DNA of 64,000 nt from Setoptus koraiensis (taxonomy: Eukaryota; Animalia; Arthropoda). The stretch spans positions 806,001 through 870,000 of the forward strand of contig CM106585.1 in assembly GCA_048013815.1 (NCBI GenBank), given 5' to 3'. Shown here piece after piece: positions 1 through 12,266 of the stretch. Numbering within the stretch: the first letter of the stretch is position 1; the number at the start of each line of letters is the position of its first letter. Made by a program: the position numbers and the translations under genes. A model generated the notes under the pieces. The model was given only the letters and a program-made list of their open reading frames with translations. It searched no databases and had not been told where the DNA came from.

Positions 1-67
1 GGCCACGTATTCAAAGATTTAGATTTACTTGACTGATTGTTATTTTGCTGATCATCAGGAAATCGCA

Positions 68-3000
68 TTATGGAGATGGTGGCGCCAAAAGAGTTGGATT
101 GGTTTCCTTTGTTATATGGTGACGACGCTCGGAACCGATCAACGCAGAGCTTCGCAGCAACTGATTGGATAATTGATTGGTCTTGGCAACAATTGTGGAA
201 CTATCCTGATTGTCCTTAGCGCTATTTGCAAATGCATTTGCGGCCACACTCAAATTGGATCCAGCCGCTGTCGTTGATACTTTGTCACTTCCTGTCAGCA
301 GATGTAATTGGCCTGAGTAATCATTGAGTGTTTTGGTTGTAAGTGTTGATGTTGTTGTTGGCAGATCAGGATTAGTGCTGGATGTTGCAATTGGATTGGT
401 GGTTGCTGTACTGGCGACACCGGCAGTAGTGGGCAACTCACTAGTGGCAGTTGCCGTTATTGCGGGCACTAGCGCCTCGCTATCTTTGTCCTTCTTTAGT
501 TGTGCCTTCAACTCTTTGTTTGCCTCCTTGGCCGAACTTACAGTGGACAATAGATAGTAAATGATGAGTATGAGCGATATGAGCAACGGTATAATAGCCC
601 CAGGTGACGTTATATAATTGAGTATTGAATTGGCCTTTGGCGGCAACGATGCCTTAATTAATTTTGTCACCACTATGTACATGCGACATTCGCCACCGAA
701 GGGACCACAGTGCCACGAGGGTCTCAACCAAACTGCTGCGTAAGCAACTGGCAAAATACAGATGAACAAATTAATCAACAATATCCAAAAGTAGAAATTG
801 TTGGATCTTGACGCTTTGAATACTGTTTCGTGAGGTATATTACATGTTAGCACTGCCCACGAGCGAACGTACATAAGGACAGCTAATTTAACTGTATTTA
901 TAGCTGGCAATCCTGGCGCAAAGAACATTCCCATCCAAACAGTGCTCTGATTGTTCACCAAGTGCAAGACATTTTCTGCCGTTTTAAAGTCGGCATAACC
1001 CGGCAGTTTACGCTCCAAATCCCAGAAGAAGAACCTGTTGCAGTAGCGCACAAAACAGGCACGCAAAAACTCAACCGTTACAGCCGACACAACTGTAAAC
1101 ACCAGATCTGTTACGACTATCTTGACCATCTCCTGGCCGAACATGGTCTCCCAGCACAATGATTTTAATTTGTCTTTCATGGTCTCATTCAGGCCACGGA
1201 TCTCCTCCGGTTTGAAGACGGGAATATCTTGACATTCGGAGTCGTTTAATTTACTTTTATCATTGGTCGCATTTGTTAATGCGGTCAAATTAAGTAGATT
1301 AATTGCATTATTTACGCACTCTATTGGCATTTCCTCAATTTCACCACTGACCGGTTGCCCAGCAACAGTCAACAACGGATTACTGGTGTTTGTTGAATCT
1401 ATTGGCGAATCGGCCACATTCGGCACTAGAGGAACGATGGTCGATGGTGGCAATGTAATCACAATCGAAGGATCTCTAGATTCGGGTTGACTGACTGATC
1501 CTAGCGGGGGTGTAGCCTCTGCAGGCGACTCCTGATTGACACCAACTACGCCATCGACATTGGCAATTCCTTTCATTGTGATCACTGTCGAATTCTGACT
1601 GTCGCCCATAGGCTGGTCAACGGCATTGATGCCACTATTGGTCAGTTGGGTATTTCTGTCTGTTAAGAGTGTAGTGACAGGTTCATTTGGAGTGGTTGTG
1701 ACAGCCTCGTTAGTTTGATCACCTCCAACACCACTGGTTGTTGGTTGATTAGATTGATCAGTGGTTGATTTTGTTTGTTGTTGTTGATCATCTCTGTTTG
1801 TCTGAGAGCTTGTTGCTAATTGTTTGCTAGTATCCTGTGATGGGATAGTCGCCGGTTGGCCTGTCACTATTATTGGCCTGGTTAGAACCGATGGCTGTCG
1901 AGCGCCATACGGTCTAGTTCTGCCTCCGTGGGGCCGATTTCTAATTGCATATGCCAATTCAGTAAGACGGTAGTGTTGTAGACATTGTCAGATATTGATA
2001 GATGAGTAGGCAGTTTACTTACTTGATATTAATATATTGACTTACCTGGCTATTGTTTCGGGCGAGCGGGTTGTTGTTTGGGGTGGCGAGTGAAGGCGGC
2101 CCTCGAGAGCTTCGTCGAGATCGTCGGTGGATAAGATGACTGAAGGTGAATAAGCGGCCGCGGCTGGCCTGTTGTATGAGCTATACGGCCTATAAGGATC
2201 TTGGATAGCAGGCTTGGCAAGACTGGCTATGAGGTCTTCATTCAGGGCACTTTCAGTTGTGCGCATTGGGGACTGTTGTTTGTGTTGTTGTTTACGGGTT
2301 ACAATCTGAACTTGACCCATTGTAGTCTGAATTGTCTTGGGTATCGGTCCTTGAGCCGATTGACCGCCCGGCAAGCTATCTAACGGTGCGGCACTTCTGG
2401 TCTTGGTGGCTGCCAGATTGGCATCACCTGTCGGCTCATCTGGTTCAGCGTGATCTTTTTCCACTTGTACCACTACCGGTGATGATGGCAAGCTGTCTTG
2501 TTGGTCCATAACATCGTCCTCCTGTTGGTCGGCATTGTCGCCTCTCAATTGCGGACTTGTTGGCTTTTCTTCAGATTTTCGGTCTGTATCCTCATCTTTG
2601 CCCTCTTCACCATCATCGCCTTCATCATCATCATCATTATTGTCATGATCATAATCAGTATTGTGATCACTATCCGTGTTGACAGTGGCAGCCATCATTT
2701 CGCTCATCATTGTTGTTGATCTCTTTTGTTTTTGTCTGAAATTGTGATTAGTTTTGGTGTTTTCAGATGTAACCCAGCTCAGATAATCCAATGATCTAGC
2801 CACCATCAGCCTTGAATAATTGCTTGGTTTAGCTATCTGTGCTTCATTTGCAATGCTGGGCTCGCTTACTACATCATCATAATCGTCATCTTCCATAGTG
2901 CCAAGCTTGGTAGTGCTACTCGCAATCACAGCTAGATCATCGGCCGATTCGCCAATGGTCTGGGTGGCATCAGTAGTTGCTGAGGCCATTGTTGTTGGCT

Positions 3001-5086
3001 TTGTTTCATCGGATTCTCTTGCTTTGATTGCAACATCACTGCTGACTATGATTGTTGTCGACTCAACTACACTTGTTGATGCATTAGGTTTATCTAGCTC
3101 GTTGCTTGGGCCATCAGGCGGTCGAGCGGCCTGTCCACTGGTTAAATCTCTGGCATTGGTGGTGCTCATGGGAGTCTCAATTGCGGGTTTATTGGCCGTA
3201 GATGGCAACTCTTGACCACTATTAATTGTTTGTTGCTGTTTGTTGTCAGCTGTCTGTTGTTTCTGTTTCTCACTTGACACCGACATCAGTGTGACATTTA
3301 ACGGTGTATCTTGACTAGTTGATTTGTTGTTATTTGTCTGATCATATATGCTTGTGGCATTTGTTACGAAATTAATCGAAACCGAGCCAATGGCTGTGGC
3401 ATTGATTGAACTTATGTTAGTCATGGTGCCATTTTGGTCAACGACAGATATTTGAGTGACGATCGTTGAGTTATCGCTCGTGCCATTGGTCGCTGATGAT
3501 ATATTGGCTATCTGTGTACCATTGATGGGACTGACAGTTGTTGCCGCAATGATGTTGCTAGTGGCTATGGTGGTGGTTGTTGTGGTGGAGTTGATAAACA
3601 AACTATTGTAGTATGTAGTGTTTTGGCGCATTAGCGTTATGTTGCCTGACACCTCTTTAAGTTGTTGGCCCATTTGATCAACTGTGCCAAACAGTGAGAA
3701 CATAAGTGTGTAAAAATTGAGAAAATCCAAAAATAAAATCCTGCCCAACTGCCAACTGAGTGCCTTGCGAGGATGATAATTTTCCAATATGCCAATCAGA
3801 TCAAATATAGGCGGAAATGACATTTGAATAAAGGTGAGCACCAATTGTAGTTCGTTCTTTCTTAAGAATGAGGCATTCTCTGGCAGATTCTCCGATCTGT
3901 CCACTACAAGAACAACGCCGTAACCGGATGCTACAAGCAACAATATTGTCAGTAAATTTGCTGTTACTCGAAGCAACAGCAAGCTCCAATTGTGATCCTT
4001 GCTTTGTTCTGTCTCCTCTAGAATGCCCTCCTTCAAGTTCATCACTATTGAACTGACCTTATTGTAGGCAGTTTCACTATTGCCAATCATATAGTCCCAG
4101 CCGACAAACATTGTCCAACAGAAAGTGTATTCGTCGTCTTTCGTACCTATTCTACTTAATTTAGTGTTTTGTGCCATTTTGCGTGATATACAAAAGAAAC
4201 AAAACATATAAATGGCCACCGAGGCACACAAATAGGCCAACGGATTCCTGTAGCCAACGCGCGTCTTCTCTTGATTCGAATAGTAGCCATAGAAAATGGG
4301 CGACAATTTCAAGAAGCCCTCAAACTCCCATATTTCACTTAGTTGCGGATCAACGGGTTCTGAGGCGTTTTGCAGACCCTTGCGCATTCCGGTTAGATCT
4401 TCCACTCCCTCTATTAGCTCTGGCACCATTACAAAGCAACACATAACGATGGCGTTGGCCACATTCAACCAAAATATCCAACGTAAGAATGTGAAATACG
4501 AGGCAACCACAGACCCGAAATGTGATTCGATTTTTTTGATGCGCATCTCCCACGGGGTGACCATAACTAGAAAATTGGCAAACTCTCGCTTAAAGTGGCG
4601 CCACCATCTCTCCACCATTGCCGTTGTGTTGGCTATCACATCTTTGGCCTGTTTACTTTGGGCAAGCTCGCCTTGGTGTTTCTTGATGAACGCCTTACAA
4701 GCTCGTAACACTTTCAATTTGCGCTCCATTGGCCACGTCTGACGGCGCAATTGCGCTATATTATCTTTGGCCACCTTAACCCGGTGACTGATGGCCTCCT
4801 CGTTGTTGCTGGAGGAGTCGTTGTCGAACGAACTGCCCCCGAAGTCCTCTGAGCCACCAAATCCGGCGCCCGTGCCCAACGAAGAATGACGCCTAAGCGA
4901 ATTGTCCCAACACAATTGACCGTCCACGAGGAACATTCGCGATTCGCGACGCTCCTTTGAGCGCGACTTTTGCCTAGGCAGCATCATTATTTGACTGTTT
5001 TCTATTTGGCTGTTCATGTTTTGTTGGTTTGCGTCACTGGCACTCTTGCTCACACTGGCCGCCTCGGCCGGCTCACCGGAAGGCAT
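68..5086 (-). CDS. Tmc: Transmembrane channel-like protein, join(complement 2046..5086, 68..1940), ~1637 aa
   Basis: TMC family motifs: KxIESHFGSVVASYFTFLRW, GYRNPLAY, FxIGWDY-like MFVGWDY, the signature LCWETMFGQE, FKTAENVLHLV, VFKASRSNNFY and PSWHCGPF. The two long ORFs join through a 105-nt intron 1941..2045 (AG|GTAAGT donor, ATTAG|A acceptor, phase 2) with the frame preserved. The first in-frame ATG is at 5086; an upstream exon cannot be excluded. Confidence 0.93.
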
Positions 5087-6696
5087 TGCCGACGCTGATC
5101 TAACTTGCCTACTAACTAATTCACCTGCTTGCCTCGATGCAGATAAATTTACGATTACAGCGACAGAGTGACTGGCTGCATCGAGAATCACTATCAACTC
5201 ACACGCCGGCTTGTTGGTCGAGATGATGCGCGTCGCTGTTGTCGAGTGAGTTCCTCAAATCGCTTCGTCGTTATTAATGTAATGTTATGGTATGGTTATG
5301 TATGTGCAAATGATATGATGCATGCTCTAATTGACCGGTAAACCGGTGATATTCAGCACATGGTTACACCACAATGATTGTTTTGTTTGTAATTGTATGC
5401 AGGATCGATGCAGCCGGGAGCTCATGGGTGATCTGTATGGTGAGAGATTCTTTTTTTTTTGAGAAACAATTTTGCATTTTATTCTTCACTTTTGTTTATT
5501 CACTCGATATATTGTGCAGTTCTTCTTGCACTTCGATTGCTTCTGTTTGACTGGATGATTAGCCGACAAGTGATTGTGAAAACTATGACTGCGAAAACTT
5601 TTACTATCTCTCATATTTTAAACAGTCTCGCGCTCTGCTGAAAAGTCAACTGCAACTACTAGCCAGTTGGCCACTCCACACGATCACTCGATTCCACAAA
5701 TAGTGTAAATTCGTCGTTACGTAATGGGTCGCCCCCACCCCCCTATCTCACGTTATTGTGTGCGGCTCCTATCAAGCATGGCAAACGCCTATCTAACACT
5801 AGCCACAAAGTATAGGTACAGGGAGTGCCGGCAGGTGATGATTTACTTGCTCGCCACTACTAATGTCCACTACCCGGCCCAGTGAAAGCCGCCCAACTGT
5901 ATATACCACACGGTATGCACAATGCGTTTTTGCTGTTGCCAATGATTTAACTTTTAATGGATGACGCAGCCATGATTTAATGCATGCACAAAGCAAACAA
6001 ACAAACAATACCCTACGGTTATACCCTCTAACTACGTGTGTCGACGAAGTAAATCTCATACACTGACCACCACATCACATAAGCCAGCCCAGGGTCATGT
6101 GATGTATGTGTGATGTCATACAATATTATCATGAGCCTCATGAACAAGGAAATATGTGTGGTCAAAGCAATAATCTAATCAAGTAATACTAGAATAGACA
6201 AGAGCGCAATATCGCTATGCTGTTTGCGAGTTGCCAGAAACACCCTATAGCCACCGGGCTAGCTGAATAAACTGGAGCTGAATGAACCACGTTTTTTACC
6301 ACGAGCCTGTATCAGTATCGAGTAGATCACGTGATGAAGAACGGTCAACGGACACATACCGAACTTTGAGTGAGGATTTTCTCACATGGCGACGCCCACG
6401 CTCGGCCACAATTTGAGAGAATTTGACCACATGTAAGGTATGTGTCTATGAGTCGACTAAAGTCGCCGAAAAGAAGCATGCCCGAGGCACGACAGACGAA
6501 TCAGGGTGGATCAAATCACACAGATCACATCACAGATATTACAAACATCTCATGGTCAGATATCACACAATGAAGAGAGCATGGCGTTACGACAAGAGAA
6601 AATTAGACAGATGAGCTGTGGCTAATATAATCTATTATAGACAGTTGAGGCGGTTGTTTCATTTAGTATATATATACATATATGTTTATATATATA

Positions 6697-8291
6697 TTAT
6701 TTTTCACATTTAATCATTGTGTTGTGTTTATTATCGTCCACTTCGAGTAGATCGCGAGTTGGCGACAGGCGAGGATTGTGTCCTTGCCTGTGTTTCATAT
6801 TGAAATGATTCACTACCCGAACTAGTGTGGATTGATCATTGGCTTTTCTGATCTTGGCAAAACAATGCGGACAATAACCCTCACGTTGCATCTCGTCTTG
6901 GCTACCCGGATGGCCCCATAAACAATATAGTATTAACAAAAATTGTCGGGTTCCTCTTATGCCCAACGGTTTCCTTTTACTGGTACCTCCGAAGTTTGCC
7001 TTGCCCCCTGATGCTTCTTTCCTTAGTAGCTCATATTTTGATATCTCACTTAGAGGAATATCCTTTGGTAAATCTGAGTGGTCCCATTTTTGCACTGTAC
7101 GTTGTTCAACGTCTAACTTGTGCCACTCTTGTACCATTGTTAGTACCTCTTTGGCTGTTCTCGTTGGAAATTGCGAGCCCAATACACAAGCGCATTCACC
7201 GGTTTTAATGCTGTGCGAATGATAATTGCCCACCTTCTCTAATAATTTTTGTCTTTGTTCCACTTCGGCACTCTTTGGCTCATCGAATTCTCCTTTGTGT
7301 TTCTTTTGATTGGGACATGCCTCTATGAGAGGCTTCTTCCTTGTTTTGGCTGCCTGGCCCGATGCACCTGAGCTGCTGCTGCTGGTGCTGCTAGTTGCGC
7401 TGTTGCTGCTACTGGCGCTAGCTCTCTTATTTTTCTTGCTGGCCACTATTGGCTGGCGCTGATTAGTTGCCGATTGGGTGATGTGCAACGGTCTATCTAT
7501 ACCGTTACTATTATTCTTTGAGTTTTGTTTGTTATTGCCAGTATTATTTGTAGTAGTAGTGGTGGTGGTGTTTGTTTTAGTAGTAGTAGTAGTAGTGTTG
7601 GTGGTAGTAGAGTTGTTGACAGGAACAATTAGATTGTGATGATTGGTGGTGACATCGTTGTTATTATTTTTGTTGTTAGTAGTTGTTGAGTTATAGTTCA
7701 AATCATAATTATTATTATCCGGCGTGTTATTACTGCTAATAGAATAATTATCTGTGCTACTATTGTAATCCGATGGAGAGTTGGCCGTCGCAACAAATTG
7801 TTGTCTCTGTTGTTGGTGTTGATGATGGTCCAATAATAACGCCGCGTTTGCGCCTTGCTGCGAGGCCGTATAGAAATCCCTGGTGAAACTCCTCAAGTCT
7901 AATGCCGACATAAACATGGCATGATGATTTGGGTGATGATTAGATGAGGCTTGTTGACCATCTAGGGCAATCTGTTGTTGTTGAAGGTGGTGCATTTGTA
8001 GAAGCAACTGTTGGTTAGTGTGGTGCTGTTGTTGCTGGTGTTGTTGTTGTTGCTGGTGTTGTTGCTGTTGTTGTTGTTGTGATAGGAATCTAATATTGTT
8101 AATTTTGTATGTAATAACATCGTTGGCCTCTCTGAGTGTGTCGATAAACACGCTATCGTTGCATAGGCAACTTAATTCCTGTGGTGTCAAGCTCACTATA
8201 GTTGTGATAAATGTGGCCAATTGATTTGAGGCTTGGTTAGCTGATGAGTTGTTGTTTGTGTTATTGGACTGGCCGTTGGCATGAGATGACG

Positions 8292-8324
<33 letters not shown>

Positions 8325-8551
8325 GCTGGTGGTGGTGATGTTGGTGGTGGTGATTGGCGGACGCGTTGAGAGCGTGCTGATGTAGCTGGTGTAACTGGTA
8401 AGCGGCGGCCAATTGTTTGTTATCCATACAAACTGAGGCCAAGCTATTGTGCTCGTTAGCTTCCATTTCTTGTTTATTATTATTATTGTTGTTATTCAAG
8501 TTGTTGTTGAATTGTTGGTGTTTGAATGTCGAATTAAGTAAGGAGTTGTGG

Positions 8552-8583
<32 letters not shown>

Positions 8584-9015
8584 GGTGTTAATACTCGTGG
8601 TTGAATTGTATTTAATAGTGTTGTGATGAGAATCAGAGGAGTTTGCTGGTTGGTTGCTGAAAGGCGACTGCTGTTGTCGCAGTTGCTGCTGTCCAACGAG
8701 TAGTTGTTGCTGTTTGCTGTTGTCTCTAGCTGTTGTCTGGTGCTTGCCGCTTTTACCATATGAGGTTGCTTTGGCGCTGCTGCTGTTGCCTGTGTTGTTG
8801 CCTGTGTGGTTGCCTGTGTGGTTGGCTGTGTTGTTGCTGCCGCTGCCGCCGCCGCCGCTGTATGTGTGCTGTTGCTGCTGGTAGCGCTGACTGTTGTAAC
8901 TGTTGTTGCTGCTGCTGTTGCCGTTGTTGCCGCCGCTGTTGCTGCTGCTGTTGCTGTTGTGATGCGACGATGCTGGCTGTTGCATTAGCAGCAAATGCTG
9001 GCTTGCGGCTAACAT
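6697..9015 (-). CDS. Uncharacterised 772-aa Q/N/H/T-rich protein with a C-terminal ~190-aa globular region ending in a C-x2-C-x18-H-x4-H (BED-like) zinc finger
   Basis: Single ATG-initiated open frame of 772 codons. The C-terminal region has normal complexity, with a basic patch (KTRKKP, QKKHK) and YCPHCFAKIRKANDQSTLVRVVNHFNMKH. A possible acceptor (TCTAG) lies just upstream of the ATG. No family recognised. Confidence 0.7.
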
Positions 9016-9073
9016 TGCTCGCCCGTCTAGACTATTGTCTATTCGCTAACTTTGCCTTAGTTTGTCAGTTGAG

Positions 9074-9123
9074 TAGTTTAGTGATAGTTTAGCGATAGTT
9101 TAGCGATAGTTTAGTGATAGTTT
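9074..9123 (+). repeat. 11-bp minisatellite (TAGTTTAGYGA) x4.5
   Basis: Direct reading of tandem units. Confidence 0.9.
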
Positions 9124-10275
9124 TGTAATATAGTTGTTAGTGCGTGTTGTGCGACTCGATGATATGAGACAAGCTACGATACGTGCTATCGATGTGATTA
9201 GACGGCCGCAATTGCAACTTGCAACAGCTTGCTCTTGTTACGCTTGTGCTCGAGTGTCGACGATGTCGCACAATATCGAATGATGTGGAATAATATCGAA
9301 TGTATTGTCGAATTGTGTGTCGACCGGCAGCGAACTGTGGGCCTATCGAATGTTGGCCAATGTTGGGGCGCGTTGCTTGCGTTAAGTGTGCAATTGTCGC
9401 CTGCTCTGTGTCGCCTGGTCAACGATCGAACTTTTCTGGCTTGTGTGCGTTGGCGCTACTTGCGCATGTTCACAACGCGCACACAAACACCGAGAGACAG
9501 ACGGGCACGATTGTGACGAATATTGGACAAATATCGCGCTGCAAGTTGCACTCGCCTTGCTCATCACATATCAACACTTTCTCGGGTTCTATCCGCACAA
9601 TCTATTTGCGCTCGAGAGTTGCTGTCGCTGGTTGCTGTCGCTAGTTGCTGTCGAGAGTTGCTGGCGGATACTGGCGAGCACTGGCGAACACTGGCAGATA
9701 TTGAGAGTTATTTAGAGTTGCCAATTGGTAATTGGTGGCTGCTATTGAACTGGCGACGATGCTTGCCGATAGCACAGCGACTGGCTCAGATTGTGAGGCT
9801 GTCGCTGTTGTTGCTGTCGCTGTTGTTGCTGTTGTTGCTGTTGTTGGTCGGCGTTGACATCAGTGGTCGTCGTTCGCCGAATGTGTGTGTGTGCGCGCCA
9901 GAGAGTAGCTGGCATTGTTCGCTACTTTACCCAACTACTGTGTTGTGTGTGCGTGTGTGTGCACAGCGCTGTGTGTTACACACGGCGTGTGTGCAGTGCA
10001 AGCACTAATAGAATGCCAGCGTCTGCTTAGACGCGACGGGCTGTGCTGCTACCGCCACACCGACGCCACTGCACACTGTGCATGCATTCGGCAACAACAA
10101 CAACAACGACGACTATCCCCGCACTACGGCGTGTGCACTGCACACTGTACAGCGTGTTTCGTACACACCGTCGCACACTCACTGCACGGCGTGCGCTGTT
10201 GTCGCACTCACTCTGCGTAGTGCACGCTGTGTTGTGTCGGTACAGCTGGGCTCACGCTCACGCAGAGCCGCTGCA

Positions 10276-10276
<1 letters not shown>

Positions 10277-10316
<40 letters not shown>
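10277..10316 (+). repeat. (CA)20 microsatellite
   Basis: Direct reading. Confidence 0.95.
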
Positions 10317-10318
<2 letters not shown>

Positions 10319-11077
10319 TACTGGCGACGCCGCCGCCGCCACCACTAACAGCCACCAACAGCCACCAACAGCCACTAGCGAGTCGCTAGCGAGTCACTAG
10401 CGAGCGTGTGTGTGTGTTGCCAACAGCATGACCGTTTGTGTGGCTGCCAGCGTCATTTGTGTTGGTGCGTGCGTGTGTTGTTGTTGTTGTCTGGCGATGT
10501 GTCGGACTGGCAGGCAACAGCGCTGCACAGTGTGCGCTAGTCTGGTTGTGGCTCTGCCAACAACACAGTAGCTGCGACATCGAGCAAACAACATCGAATG
10601 TTGTTGTTGTTGTTGTTGTTGTTGGCGTAGTCGTTGTTGCTGTTGTTGTTGCTGTAGTTGCTGTTGCTGCTGTTGTTGCTGTTGCCAGTTGTTGCCAGTT
10701 GTCGGTGTGCCCATATGTATTATGCTCACTGGTGCCACAAAAGGCCTATAGCAACAACAACCAGCCAGCACCAATGGCGACAACAATCGGCCGACACTCT
10801 ACATACTATTCTGTGCTACTCTGTGCCATTCTGTGCTACTCTGCGCTGCCCTGTACAGTACAGGCTGTACTATAGATTCTATAGTATAGAATATACCAGT
10901 GACTAGGCTATATAATATATTATATGCATGCTATAACAGATACCAACGCCAGCGCCAGTCTTGCCGTTTGTCGCTTCACACAACGACCTGTGCACGAGTG
11001 TTGCCGCCCATACTTTTCAATGCACTGCTGCGCATTGTAATGTGCGCCACGGCTGGCTCACCGACAACAGCGACAAC

Positions 11078-11111
<34 letters not shown>

Positions 11112-12202
11112 ACAACAACGACAACTACACTGGCACGACTGCTGCTGCTGCGACTTGCAGCCGCTTTTTACGGCAAGCTAACGGCCGACGAGTGGCCGGC
11201 CAGTGGCGACACTAGCGAGCATTTGGAGTGGCCACAGTGTCAGTTCAGTGGCCAGACACAGGTGGACAGTGGTGGTCAGCTGTTGGTGTATGGCAAGTTG
11301 TGGGTTGTATGCAGGACAACGTCGTTGATACGACCAGTGTGTGCATGAATTGGCATGCAATAGGGCGCCCAATGCGACAAAGCAACAGCGTGTCGGCCGT
11401 TGTCGCTGTTGGGCCGCTATCAACAGCGACACAACGACACAGCAACAACAGCGACAGCCAGCAACAACCACTGGCGACAACAGTCAGCAGCGGCAACGAC
11501 CAACAGAGCGACATTATGCATGGCCAATGCAATAATTCAATTGACAATTGTGAGCAACTCGCTTGCGTTTGCTGGCTGTCACGACAAAGCGAGCCAGACT
11601 TGCACTTTCTGTCAAGCTCATTGCAACAGCGCTTGTCGCAATTGTTGCTGTCGTTGTTGTTGCCGTCGTTGTTGTCGTTGCTGTCGTTGTTGCTGTTGTT
11701 GCCCAGCGACACTAACAGCGACACTCGACAGCGACAACAACGAGCGACAACAACGAGCGACAACAGCAAACGGCAACAACAACAACCGACAGCGACGACA
11801 AGCGACAAACGTTGTCTGGCGACTGCAATCGCTGTAGCAACAACCACCAACCGACACACTCACCTGTTCTGTGTGTGTGTGTGTAGCGCAATAATAGACG
11901 CGTGGCTGACATTGACGTTGCCCCGCAGGCACACGCAATGCAAATGGCAATTGCTTGCACATGGTTTGGCATGGACGGGCCGCAGTTGACCCCTGTACCA
12001 GCTATATTCACACTGTCTGTATGTTGTCTGAACATTGCAACTGTCTCTATAGTGCCACTATCTGCATGGATATTCCGAGTATGGATAGTCCGAGTGTGGA
12101 TATTGGAAGTGGTGGTCAGTGGCGGGCAATTGTGAGCGATGCAAACACAACAGCGAGACAACACTGGCGAGACAAATACTGGCTGCATGCGAGCACACAA
12201 AC

Positions 12203-12266
12203 AAACAGAGCCGAAATAGAGCCGAAACAGAGCCGAAACAGAGCCGAAACAGAGCTGAAACAGAGC
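12203..12266 (+). repeat. 11-bp minisatellite (AAACAGAGCCG) x~5.8
   Basis: Direct reading of tandem units. Confidence 0.9.

Noticed and set aside
324-4742. Plus-strand ORFs antisense to Tmc, and similar ones antisense to nAChR, EXO1 and ZC2HC1A
   Set aside because: Shadow ORFs of real coding sequence on the opposite strand
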